Source: an uncultured Myxococcales bacterium (GTDB lineage: Bacteria; Myxococcota; UBA4151). From it: a DNA stretch of 13,576 nt. Positions 1 through 6,924 of the stretch are shown piece by piece (positions within the stretch are counted from its first letter, which is position 1; each line of letters begins with the position of its first letter). The position numbers and the translations under genes are program-made. The notes under the pieces were generated by a model. That model was not told the origin of the DNA and searched no databases. It worked only from the letters and a program-made list of their open reading frames with translations. The stretch covers positions 1-13,576 of the forward strand of contig CAXGWI010000099.1 in assembly GCA_964013405.1 (NCBI GenBank), in the 5' to 3' direction.

Positions 1-1538
1 CCGCCGCCAAAGAGGGGTTGCAGAGCCACGGGACGGGCCCCCTTGCCTTTGTTCGAAAAGCGGAAGTCCATCTCGGCCCGATAGCTGTTGGCCGAGTTCA
101 GCCGCATCGGCAGCGTGCTTCGGTTCTGCATGAGGGCCAGGAGGTGGGTGGTATCTGTCACCCAGCGACCCTCCCGGTGGTAGGTGGTAATCCAGCGGGC
201 CACTTGGGTCCCACAGCCGCAGTTGCAGGCACCAAATCCCGTGCCCGTCTCGTTGCAGCTTTGGCTGCGCTCGTGGACGGCACCGTAGGGATCAACACAG
301 TGACAGCTTGCGGTCTCGGCCGGGATCGCCTCCACACCTTCGCTGGCAGGCACAGCCTGTTGGCAGGCTTGGCTGGCCCGTGGATTATCGGGGGACTCAG
401 GAACCTCACAGGCATTTAAATGGGCGATGTAATCCCACTCGCCGCAGTTGTCGTCCCGATGGTCGGTGCACCACAGGCCCAGGTCGATCTCTAAGTGATC
501 GTAGTCCGAGATGTTGGCGGGGATCTGCAGGTCGAAGGGGTGATGGTGCCGGGCGGTCTCATCCCGTAGCGCGACCACTTTATTCACCTGCTCATCTTCC
601 GCTCGAAGCTGCTCATCCCGGTTAAACTCGTAGTTGAAGTACTCCGCCTCATGACTCAGAAAATCCATGCGACCTTCCTCGCTTCCGACGGTTCGGAGGA
701 GTCCGATTTCCCGCAGCCTTTGTCGGCGGTCGATGGCGAAGGCATGGGCCGGTTGGGCCGCCATCTTCTCACCGATCCAGCCGCCCAGATCGGGTAAGCC
801 GGTGGTCACGAAGTGGAGTCGCCCTTTCCAGGCAGCCTGGGCGTCGTCCGAGAGCCGGTCGAGGGTGCTGGCGAAGCGTCGCCATTGGTTCTCTACATGG
901 GTTTGAGCACCTCGGCGATCCGTGGAGATGAACAGGTAGTGGGCGTTGTGGGGACCCCGGTCGAGGAGGCGCCTGGGATTGGTCTGCCAGTTGGCGGCGG
1001 AATAGGCGTTATCCGGGATGTAGAAGAGCACGATCACGCTATCGCAGCCGGTCACATGGTCCCGGTAGTTCCAAGGGCCATCGAGGGTTTCCACCGTAAA
1101 GTCCGCCACCCGGTCTCGGGGGTTGATACCCGTTTCCCCCTCCTGAAAAACCACGCCTCCGCACTGGCGTTCCTGGCAGTCATCACAACGATCTGTTGGG
1201 TCCTCATTGCCATCATCGCAGGCCTCCGCGTCGGCATTGAGGAGACCATCGCCGCAGACATTGCTCGTGCAATCACTGAGACAGGCGTCCTCATCGACCC
1301 CGTTGCCATCATCGCAGGCTTCCCAAGCCGACTGGCGAAAGCCGTCACCACAGTGGCTCTTCGTACAATCATTGAGGCACTGGTCATCGGTACTGCTGTT
1401 GCCGTCATCGCAGGCTTCGCCCGCTTGGAGTTCGCCATCGCCGCAGGTGGTCGAGGGCTCCGTCGGTGGGGTCGTACAGGCCAGTGCTGACATCGCCAGC
1501 AGGCTGAAGGTGAATATGCTAAGTCGCTGAACTCGCAA
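1..1538 (-). CDS. Lipoprotein with 3 Myxococcus-type Cys-rich repeats, a thioredoxin-like segment and a peptide-N-glycosidase F (PNGase F)-like domain; runs off the left edge of the window
   Basis: Absent from the ORF track because it has no stop in the window. Manual translation gives 512 open codons from TTG at 1538, 4 nt after the upstream stop. Sequence: MRVQRLSIFTFSLLAMSALA-C (lipobox, Cys21), three CGDG..EACDDGN..D.C..DC repeats, ADFTVETLDG...VIVLFY...FAIDRRQRLRE, then DHLEIDLGLWC..NCGEWDY (446-429) and QVARWITTYHREGRWVTDTTHLLALM. The last two motifs match the PNGase F CDEWDR and EIGRFITPY...DVTDFKSLL motifs. The start codon is uncertain. Confidence 0.85.
   Translation of the reverse strand, partial: MRVQRLSIFTFSLLAMSALACTTPPTEPSTTCGDGELQAGEACDDGNSSTDDQCLNDCTKSHCGDGFRQSAWEACDDGNGVDEDACLSDCTSNVCGDGLLNADAEACDDGNEDPTDRCDDCQERQCGGVVFQEGETGINPRDRVADFTVETLDGPWNYRDHVTGCDSVIVLFYIPDNAYSAANWQTNPRRLLDRGPHNAHYLFISTDRRGAQTHVENQWRRFASTLDRLSDDAQAAWKGRLHFVTTGLPDLGGWIGEKMAAQPAHAFAIDRRQRLREIGLLRTVGSEEGRMDFLSHEAEYFNYEFNRDEQLRAEDEQVNKVVALRDETARHHHPFDLQIPANISDYDHLEIDLGLWCTDHRDDNCGEWDYIAHLNACEVPESPDNPRASQACQQAVPASEGVEAIPAETASCHCVDPYGAVHERSQSCNETGTGFGACNCGCGTQVARWITTYHREGRWVTDTTHLLALMQNRSTLPMRLNSANSYRAEMDFRFSNKGKGARPVALQPLFGG
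1161..1445 (-). repeat. Three tandem Myxococcus cysteine-rich (DUF4215-like) coding repeats
   Basis: CGDGELQAGEACDDGNSSTDDQCLNDC / CGDGFRQSAWEACDDGNGVDEDACLSDC / CGDGLLNADAEACDDGNEDPTDRCDDC. Confidence 0.9.
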
Positions 1539-1542
1539 TGGT

Positions 1543-3924
1543 TTAGTCCGAATCTCGAACGCAGATAAAACGCGAGGTGTTGTGAAGTCCGGCCCGATAG
1601 GTCGATTGGATATTTGCTCGACGGGCCTGGTCGTTGTCCGTCGTCGTCGCAGTCCAATCTGCCGGGGCTGCACCACGAATTGGGAACGCTCGGTGATCGA
1701 TGGGGTAGTTGGTCGATGCGAAGCGGCTCGTATCGTACACGTGCAATGCCTCTGTGGCGGTGGGCAGACGCCAGTCTGTGTGTCCTGCCCATTGTAGGTC
1801 CTGGCAGTTTTGATTGGCTGTTTCCCAGTCCGCTTGGGTCAACGTGCCGTTATTGCAGCCCCGGCCGTTGGTCCCATGGGCGCAAGCCATATACTGGAGC
1901 CCAGCACTTGAGATGGTCACGGTCCCCTCGGTCTGGGTCCAGGCTGTTGTATCGACGCATTGATTCATCCGGCGAGGCAGCGGGTCGCCGTGGTCTCGTA
2001 CACAATAGCGAGGGCCGCTATTGTGGCCAGTGATGACGCCGTTTTGGCCCAGTCGATAGGAGCTTATCCGGTTGTGCAATTGCTGACCGTTGTCCATCAG
2101 ACCGTGGCTAGCGAGTGCAGGAAAAGCGGCATCCACCGCCTCAGGGATCGTGTCGTCCGTGTCTGAGTCATAATCGAAGAGGGAGCGGATCTCCACGAGG
2201 GTTGGCGCCCGCCAGTCGTCCTGATTGCCATAGCTTAAGCGTTCGCAATACAGCTGGAAGTCCTCGCCACCCGCGGCATTGAGGAAGGCACCGTTTTGGC
2301 AGTCGTTGCCTGACAGGCCTTCGGGGCAGCCCGTCCATTGCAGCCCCAAGTAGGCATCCTCGATGATGTATTCCCCGGGGGAATCACTTTGGCTACGGCT
2401 CAATTGCAGCGTGTCGCCGCTTCGGTCCTGAGCCGTGCGAATTGGACTTGTCTCTCGGCAGACTCGCTCCGGGTATTCGAGGCGGTAACTCCAGCGTCCT
2501 GGGCGGACGCAAAGTACGGCTCGGTTCTGGTTTTCACTGGAACTGGATGCGAGGTCGAAGTCGAGTACGAATTGGATGAAGTTATTGTAGCCTTCCCGGG
2601 GCACTGTGCTGGAGGTCCAGACGGTGGTGTAGACCTCTGCGAAGGCGCCTTCGGGGAACCGGGCCGCCCGATTGTTCCCTGCGCCGGTTCGAACGCTCCG
2701 CAGAGAGAGGAGTTGGTCTAGACTCGGTAGGGTCCAGTCGTCGTGGTTCCCCCAGACCAGATCATCGCAATAGGCGACCGCCTGACTGTGGGTCATCATT
2801 TCCATACTTCCGTTCTGGCACGTCGTTCCAGCGGTGCCGGCAAGGCAACTTGACCAGGTTAATTCCGTGCCAAGATCTTCAGCGGTGGGCTCAGCAGTGG
2901 ATTCATAGTTGGTGCGAAAACAGCGGCGGTGGGTGGCGGCGGGAACCCGTCCGTTTGTGCCCCGCACACAAAGGCCTGCATCCATTTGGGTCGTCTTATT
3001 AAGCCAACTGATCTCGCCCGTGCTCATGTTCATCCGTTGCCAGTTCGAAGATGAGGTCAAACCAGTGGATAGATAGGACCCATTGGGATCGGTCAGGTTG
3101 GGAAAGAGGTTGCTCGGAATGATGGGGTTCCGGTCCCGCCGGTCCACCAGTGCGTTCTGCAAGTGGCCGGTGGGGCGAACCCAGTCATCAAAGCCGCCCC
3201 ATTGCAACTCCTCGCAGAGGGTGACGTGATTGTTGTAGTTCATCCGGATCCGGCTGCCATTGCGACATTCAGCACCGCTTAGGCCGATGGCGCAGCCGGT
3301 CCACATGAGTTCGCTGAGTTGGTCGGTCACCACGGGCTCACCACCGATGGGGCTGGTCCGCACCATTCTCGAATGACCCCCTTGGGCGGCTAGGCTTGGA
3401 TGGAAGCTGTAGTGTTCATCGACGCAGACGATGCCATCCTCGACCGCACGGTCATCGCCATCGCAATAGGGGAGATCACAGGCTTCCACCGGATCATCTC
3501 CAGGACCCGCGTCGGACGCATCACCACCTCCCGGGCCAGCATCTGCGCCGCCACCTCCCGGGCCAGCATCTGCGCCGCCACCACCCGATCCAGCATCTGC
3601 CTCGCCACCACCTGACCCAGCATCTGAGCCGCCGCTAGAGCCCCCGTCATCACCGGTGCCGGAGCCAGCGTCGGCGCTACCGCCGCCACCGCCACCGCCG
3701 ACCGCCAAGCAACTTAGTCCGTTGACATTGTCGGCTACGTAGCCCTCGTCACAGGCACAGGTTGCGGTATCCCCGCCTTGTAGAATGCAGACCCCATGAT
3801 TGCTACAGGTGACCTGTTCACAGGGGCTCACGGGGGGCGGGACGTCACGGGGACAGGCAGAGAGGGCCCCGAGCATTGCGCTGAGGGTGATCCCCGAATA
3901 GGAACTGAAAGATAGCTTGGACAT
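1543..3924 (-). CDS. Lipoprotein with an EGF-like domain, Gly-rich DAG linker and four DUF1566 (Lcl C-terminal-like) domains
   Basis: 793 aa ORF with AGGAG 6 nt before the ATG. Lipobox LGALSA-C24. EGF-like CEQVTCSNHGVC...CACDEGY...SC (aa 35-72). Four units with the DUF1566 pattern: (V/I)xD..(T/L)gLxW...C..L.(W/Y)gg.dDWr.P(T/S)..(E/Q)....(A/Y/F)(V/I/L)CVR. Confidence 0.85.
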   Translation of the reverse strand: MSKLSFSSYSGITLSAMLGALSACPRDVPPPVSPCEQVTCSNHGVCILQGGDTATCACDEGYVADNVNGLSCLAVGGGGGGGSADAGSGTGDDGGSSGGSDAGSGGGEADAGSGGGGADAGPGGGGADAGPGGGDASDAGPGDDPVEACDLPYCDGDDRAVEDGIVCVDEHYSFHPSLAAQGGHSRMVRTSPIGGEPVVTDQLSELMWTGCAIGLSGAECRNGSRIRMNYNNHVTLCEELQWGGFDDWVRPTGHLQNALVDRRDRNPIIPSNLFPNLTDPNGSYLSTGLTSSSNWQRMNMSTGEISWLNKTTQMDAGLCVRGTNGRVPAATHRRCFRTNYESTAEPTAEDLGTELTWSSCLAGTAGTTCQNGSMEMMTHSQAVAYCDDLVWGNHDDWTLPSLDQLLSLRSVRTGAGNNRAARFPEGAFAEVYTTVWTSSTVPREGYNNFIQFVLDFDLASSSSENQNRAVLCVRPGRWSYRLEYPERVCRETSPIRTAQDRSGDTLQLSRSQSDSPGEYIIEDAYLGLQWTGCPEGLSGNDCQNGAFLNAAGGEDFQLYCERLSYGNQDDWRAPTLVEIRSLFDYDSDTDDTIPEAVDAAFPALASHGLMDNGQQLHNRISSYRLGQNGVITGHNSGPRYCVRDHGDPLPRRMNQCVDTTAWTQTEGTVTISSAGLQYMACAHGTNGRGCNNGTLTQADWETANQNCQDLQWAGHTDWRLPTATEALHVYDTSRFASTNYPIDHRAFPIRGAAPADWTATTTDNDQARRANIQSTYRAGLHNTSRFICVRDSD
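3524..3631. repeat. Tandem coding repeat of about 27 bp (GGGGADAGP/S linker units)
   Basis: 3524-3550 and 3551-3577 are identical copies of ccacctcccgggccagcatctgcgccg, followed by two diverged copies. Confidence 0.85.
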
Positions 3925-3930
3925 GAGACG

Positions 3931-3935
3931 CTCCT
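3931..3935 (-). promoter_or_regulatory. Shine-Dalgarno site of the DUF1566 lipoprotein gene
   Basis: The minus strand reads AGGAG-CGTCTC-ATG. Confidence 0.7.
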
Positions 3936-4058
3936 GTTCACCGCCGACCGGCTGGCAAGAACAGTAGACAGGAATGCCTTAGCAAGCGTCAACAAGGCCT
4001 TCTCGGTTGTCGTTCCGCATTTCCCCCTGCTGTGCTAGCTCGCCGCCGGAGGCGGGCA

Positions 4059-4742
4059 GTGAGCGAACTTGCCATCGAAGTTCAAGGACTCTGCCGTCGC
4101 TATGGCAGTCGGTGGGCCCTCCATCGCTTCGACTTGGCCGTCCCCAAGGGCGAGATCCTCATGGTGGCTGGCCCCAATGGTGCCGGTAAGTCGACGCTGC
4201 TCCGTGTCTTAGCGACGATCAGTCGACCCGATGTCGGCTCAGCAAAGATCTTCGGTTTGGACCTGGTGGGCCAGCGCCACCGGGTCCGGCAGCGGGTGAG
4301 CCTCTTGGACCACCGTCATTTCTGCTACGGCCAACTTTCCGCCGAGGAAAACCTCCGGCTCGCCACTCGTCCCGGCGGCATGGCTTGGGACGAAGTGATC
4401 GAGCTCGTGGGCCTCCAAGGTCGCGAGCAGGACCCGCTCTCAAGCTTCTCCGCGGGGATGAAGAAGCGACTGGCCCTGGGGCGAATCCTCTGCCAGGGCG
4501 CAGACGTGGTCTTGTTGGACGAGCCCTATGCGGGCTTGGATCCCGAGGGCTTCGCTCGCCTGGAGCGAATGTTCGGCAGCCTGGCGGAGCGGGGTGCGAC
4601 CGTTTTGATCTCGACCCATCAAGTGGCCCGGGTGGCGCCCCATTGTCATCGGGCTGTGGTGCTGCGGGAGGGCAAGACCGCCTGGTTGGGATCGGCGAGC
4701 GAGCTGCCGACTGAGGGTGAGCTCTGGAGCCGCGAGTCATGA
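4059..4742 (+). CDS. ccmA: Heme exporter / cytochrome c biogenesis ABC ATPase CcmA
   Basis: Walker A GPNGAGKST, signature FSAGM, Walker B VVLLDEP, H-loop STHQ; first gene before ccmB and ccmC. Start placed at GTG 4059 (GGAGG at 4048-4052) instead of the track's 4032. Confidence 0.9.
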   Translation: MSELAIEVQGLCRRYGSRWALHRFDLAVPKGEILMVAGPNGAGKSTLLRVLATISRPDVGSAKIFGLDLVGQRHRVRQRVSLLDHRHFCYGQLSAEENLRLATRPGGMAWDEVIELVGLQGREQDPLSSFSAGMKKRLALGRILCQGADVVLLDEPYAGLDPEGFARLERMFGSLAERGATVLISTHQVARVAPHCHRAVVLREGKTAWLGSASELPTEGELWSRES

Positions 4743-5401
4743 GCTTGGGCGCCCTCATCGCCAAGGATCTGCGTCTGGTCTGGCGGCGCAAAGGTCAGGC
4801 TTTGTCGCTCTTCGCTTTTGGCGCCACTGTGCTTCTCCTGTTCTCGTTCACGGCCCGGCCCGCATCCCAACTGCTCAGTCTCCATGGCGGGGGCTATTTG
4901 TGGGTTGCCTTGCTTCTCGCCACGGCCCTGCTGGTGAACGACAGCTTCGTCCCCGACCAAGAAGATGGAGCCCTGACCGGTTTGCTGTTGCTGCCGGTGC
5001 CGCCCCATCGTTTGTTCTTTGCCAAGGCCATCGCGAATTGGTTGGTCCTGGTGCTCGTGGGGCTCTTGTTATTGCCCATCCTGTTTGCCTTGTATGATCT
5101 GCCGTTAAAGACCCCCGGAGGCTTGCTCGTCGCCCTTGTTCTGGGCACGGCTGGGCTGGTGGGTCCGGGTACGCTCTACGGCGCCATGGCCGGGATTCAT
5201 CGCAGCGGCGGGATTGTCACGCCGCTGTTGCTGTTTCCCCTGGTGGTTCCAGTGATTATCGCTGCGTCCCAACTGACATCACTGTCCTTACTGGGGGACC
5301 CGATGGGGCAAGCGAAAGGGTGGGGAAGCTTACTGCTGGCATTTGATGCTATTTTCTGGTCCTTGTCCGGCGTTCTATTCGCCCGGGTGGTGGACGACTG
5401 A
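4739..5401 (+). CDS. ccmB: Heme exporter membrane protein CcmB
   Basis: 220 aa polytopic membrane protein with KDLRL..R, F..D.EDG.L..LLL.P, AK..ANW and PLLLFPLVVPVII motifs; ATGA overlap with ccmA. Confidence 0.92.
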   Translation: MSLGALIAKDLRLVWRRKGQALSLFAFGATVLLLFSFTARPASQLLSLHGGGYLWVALLLATALLVNDSFVPDQEDGALTGLLLLPVPPHRLFFAKAIANWLVLVLVGLLLLPILFALYDLPLKTPGGLLVALVLGTAGLVGPGTLYGAMAGIHRSGGIVTPLLLFPLVVPVIIAASQLTSLSLLGDPMGQAKGWGSLLLAFDAIFWSLSGVLFARVVDD

Positions 5402-5409
5402 GGAGCTCG

Positions 5410-6123
5410 ATGAAGACGAGCGTGAAAATTGGCCTCGGCTTGTTGGGGCTTGGCGTGGTGATGATGGTGGTCGGTTCGTACATCGGCTTGGTCATCGCGC
5501 CCCCGGATCGTTATATGGGCGACGTGCAACGCATCATGTACGTGCACGTGCCCACCGCCTGGAACGCCCTGCTCATTTTCACCATCGCCTTGGGCTCGGC
5601 CATCGGCTTTCTCATCACCCGGCGGTGGGGCTGTGATGATTGGCTTCAAGCCCAGTTGGAGCTGGGGGTGCTGTACACGGCGCTGCTCTGCGCCCAAGGG
5701 GCCATCTGGGGCAAACCCACCTGGGGTGCGTGGTGGAGCTGGGACCCCCGTTTGACCACGACCGCCATCATGTTGCTGCTCTTTGCCGGCATCCTCGCCT
5801 TGCGGGCCAATCTCCGCTTGCCCAGCGAGCGGGCATCTCTTGCCAGTGTGGCGACGATTCTTGCCTGGGTGACGGTGCCCGTCGTCTACATGAGTGTGCG
5901 CTGGTGGAACTCTTTGCACCAGATCCAGTCGACGCCGAAGACGGTGGATCCTGCGATGGTGCTGCCCTTGCGCACCAACGCATTTGCCATGCTGTTCTTG
6001 GCCCTCGGATTAACGCTCCTGCGGGCCCGGACCCTGCGACTGCAACGGCAGGCCTTGATGGCGCCGTTAGCGCCCCCCAGCGGTGATGACACCGAAGGTG
6101 GTAGCGAGGGGGTGACACCATGA
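5410..6123 (+). CDS. ccmC: Heme exporter / heme chaperone loader CcmC
   Basis: WWD domain WGKPTWGAWWSWDPRLT, flanking His motifs RIMYVHVP and WWNSLHQ; AGGAG at 5401-5405. Confidence 0.95.
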   Translation: MKTSVKIGLGLLGLGVVMMVVGSYIGLVIAPPDRYMGDVQRIMYVHVPTAWNALLIFTIALGSAIGFLITRRWGCDDWLQAQLELGVLYTALLCAQGAIWGKPTWGAWWSWDPRLTTTAIMLLLFAGILALRANLRLPSERASLASVATILAWVTVPVVYMSVRWWNSLHQIQSTPKTVDPAMVLPLRTNAFAMLFLALGLTLLRARTLRLQRQALMAPLAPPSGDDTEGGSEGVTP

Positions 6124-6440
6124 GAGTCCTTTCGTTTGCCCTTGTGGCCCTCGTGACCGGTTGGGGTTTGCAGTTGGCTGCAGCCGAAACGAAAGAGGCG
6201 ACGACTGCGTCGGCAGCCCAGGCTCCCGCAGAATCCCCAGCGGCGGCGAAGGCGCCGGCCGCGCCCCCGCCGGGACAGGCTGTGATCAAGCCGGGGGGGG
6301 CGAGCCCGATGAGTGGGGTCTTGGCCGGTAAATGGGAGTTCGTGTATGCGGCCTACATCCTCACAGCGGCCGGGCTGCTGGCTTATATCGGCTGGACCTT
6401 GAGGGCCTGGCGACAAGCGGAAGGGCGCGGCGATGGCTGA
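6120..6440 (+). CDS. ccmD: CcmD-like small membrane protein with an N-terminal signal-like and Ala/Pro-rich extension
   Basis: Lies between ccmC and ccmE and overlaps both. The C-terminal part WEFVYAAYILTAAGLLAYIGWTLRAWR resembles the CcmD (Y/F)VW.AY..T transmembrane helix plus basic tail. Alternative start ATG 6309. Confidence 0.7.
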   Translation: MRVLSFALVALVTGWGLQLAAAETKEATTASAAQAPAESPAAAKAPAAPPPGQAVIKPGGASPMSGVLAGKWEFVYAAYILTAAGLLAYIGWTLRAWRQAEGRGDG

Positions 6441-6924
6441 GGAGTTCCACGATGCGGAGCGGGCTGAGCTCGCCCCGTCGACAAAGCGCTTTGCCATCGG
6501 CGCCATTGCAGTGGTGGCTGTGGCCGTCGCCGTCCTCGCCTTCGGCGGTCTGGGCGACAATCTCGTCTACTACTGGGATGCCAGCCAACTGCGGGCCAAC
6601 GAAGCGAAGGCCGTGGGCGCCACGATCCGTCTCGGCGGGCAGGTCAAGCCCGGCACCATCGACCTCAATGAAGAAGATAACCTTCTTCGCTTTGAGGTCA
6701 CCGATGGCAAAGCCTCTGTGCCGGTGGAAGCCAAGGGGCTGCCGCCGGCGATGTTCCGGGAGTCCATCGGCGTCATCGTCGAAGGGACCATGGAGGACCG
6801 CGGGGTCTTTGTCTCCGAGCGCTTGCTGGTGAGTCACGACAACGAGTACCGGGCCCCGAAAGAGGGTGAGGAAGCGAAAGTCGAGGATTTAGCGAAGACC
6901 GCCCAGGGTGAAGGTAAGCCGTGA
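6433..6924 (+). CDS. ccmE: Heme chaperone CcmE
   Basis: N-terminal transmembrane segment, DNLVYY, IRLGGQVKPG, PAMFRE..GVIVEG, and heme-binding HxxxY motif VSHDNEY. Confidence 0.95.
   Translation: MAEEFHDAERAELAPSTKRFAIGAIAVVAVAVAVLAFGGLGDNLVYYWDASQLRANEAKAVGATIRLGGQVKPGTIDLNEEDNLLRFEVTDGKASVPVEAKGLPPAMFRESIGVIVEGTMEDRGVFVSERLLVSHDNEYRAPKEGEEAKVEDLAKTAQGEGKP

Noticed and set aside
18..1792. Track ORFs 18-419, 158-415, 308-625, 667-906, 813-1490, 1052-1792, 1207-1530
   Set aside because: Antisense or off-frame shadows of the minus-strand gene 1538 to <1. The recurring VAIIAG and PAMMAT strings are alternative-frame readings of CDDGN repeats.
1543..1800. C-terminal DUF1566 domain as a diversity-generating retroelement target
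   Set aside because: DUF1566 can be a DGR target, but I saw no template repeat with adenine-specific mismatches and no reverse transcriptase in the window.
3940..4045. Specific promoter boxes in the divergent intergenic region (minus-strand TTGACG...TACTGT; plus-strand TTGTCG...TGCTAGCT)
   Set aside because: Promoters are expected here, but the spacing (20 nt or more) and the -10 matches are too poor to assign.
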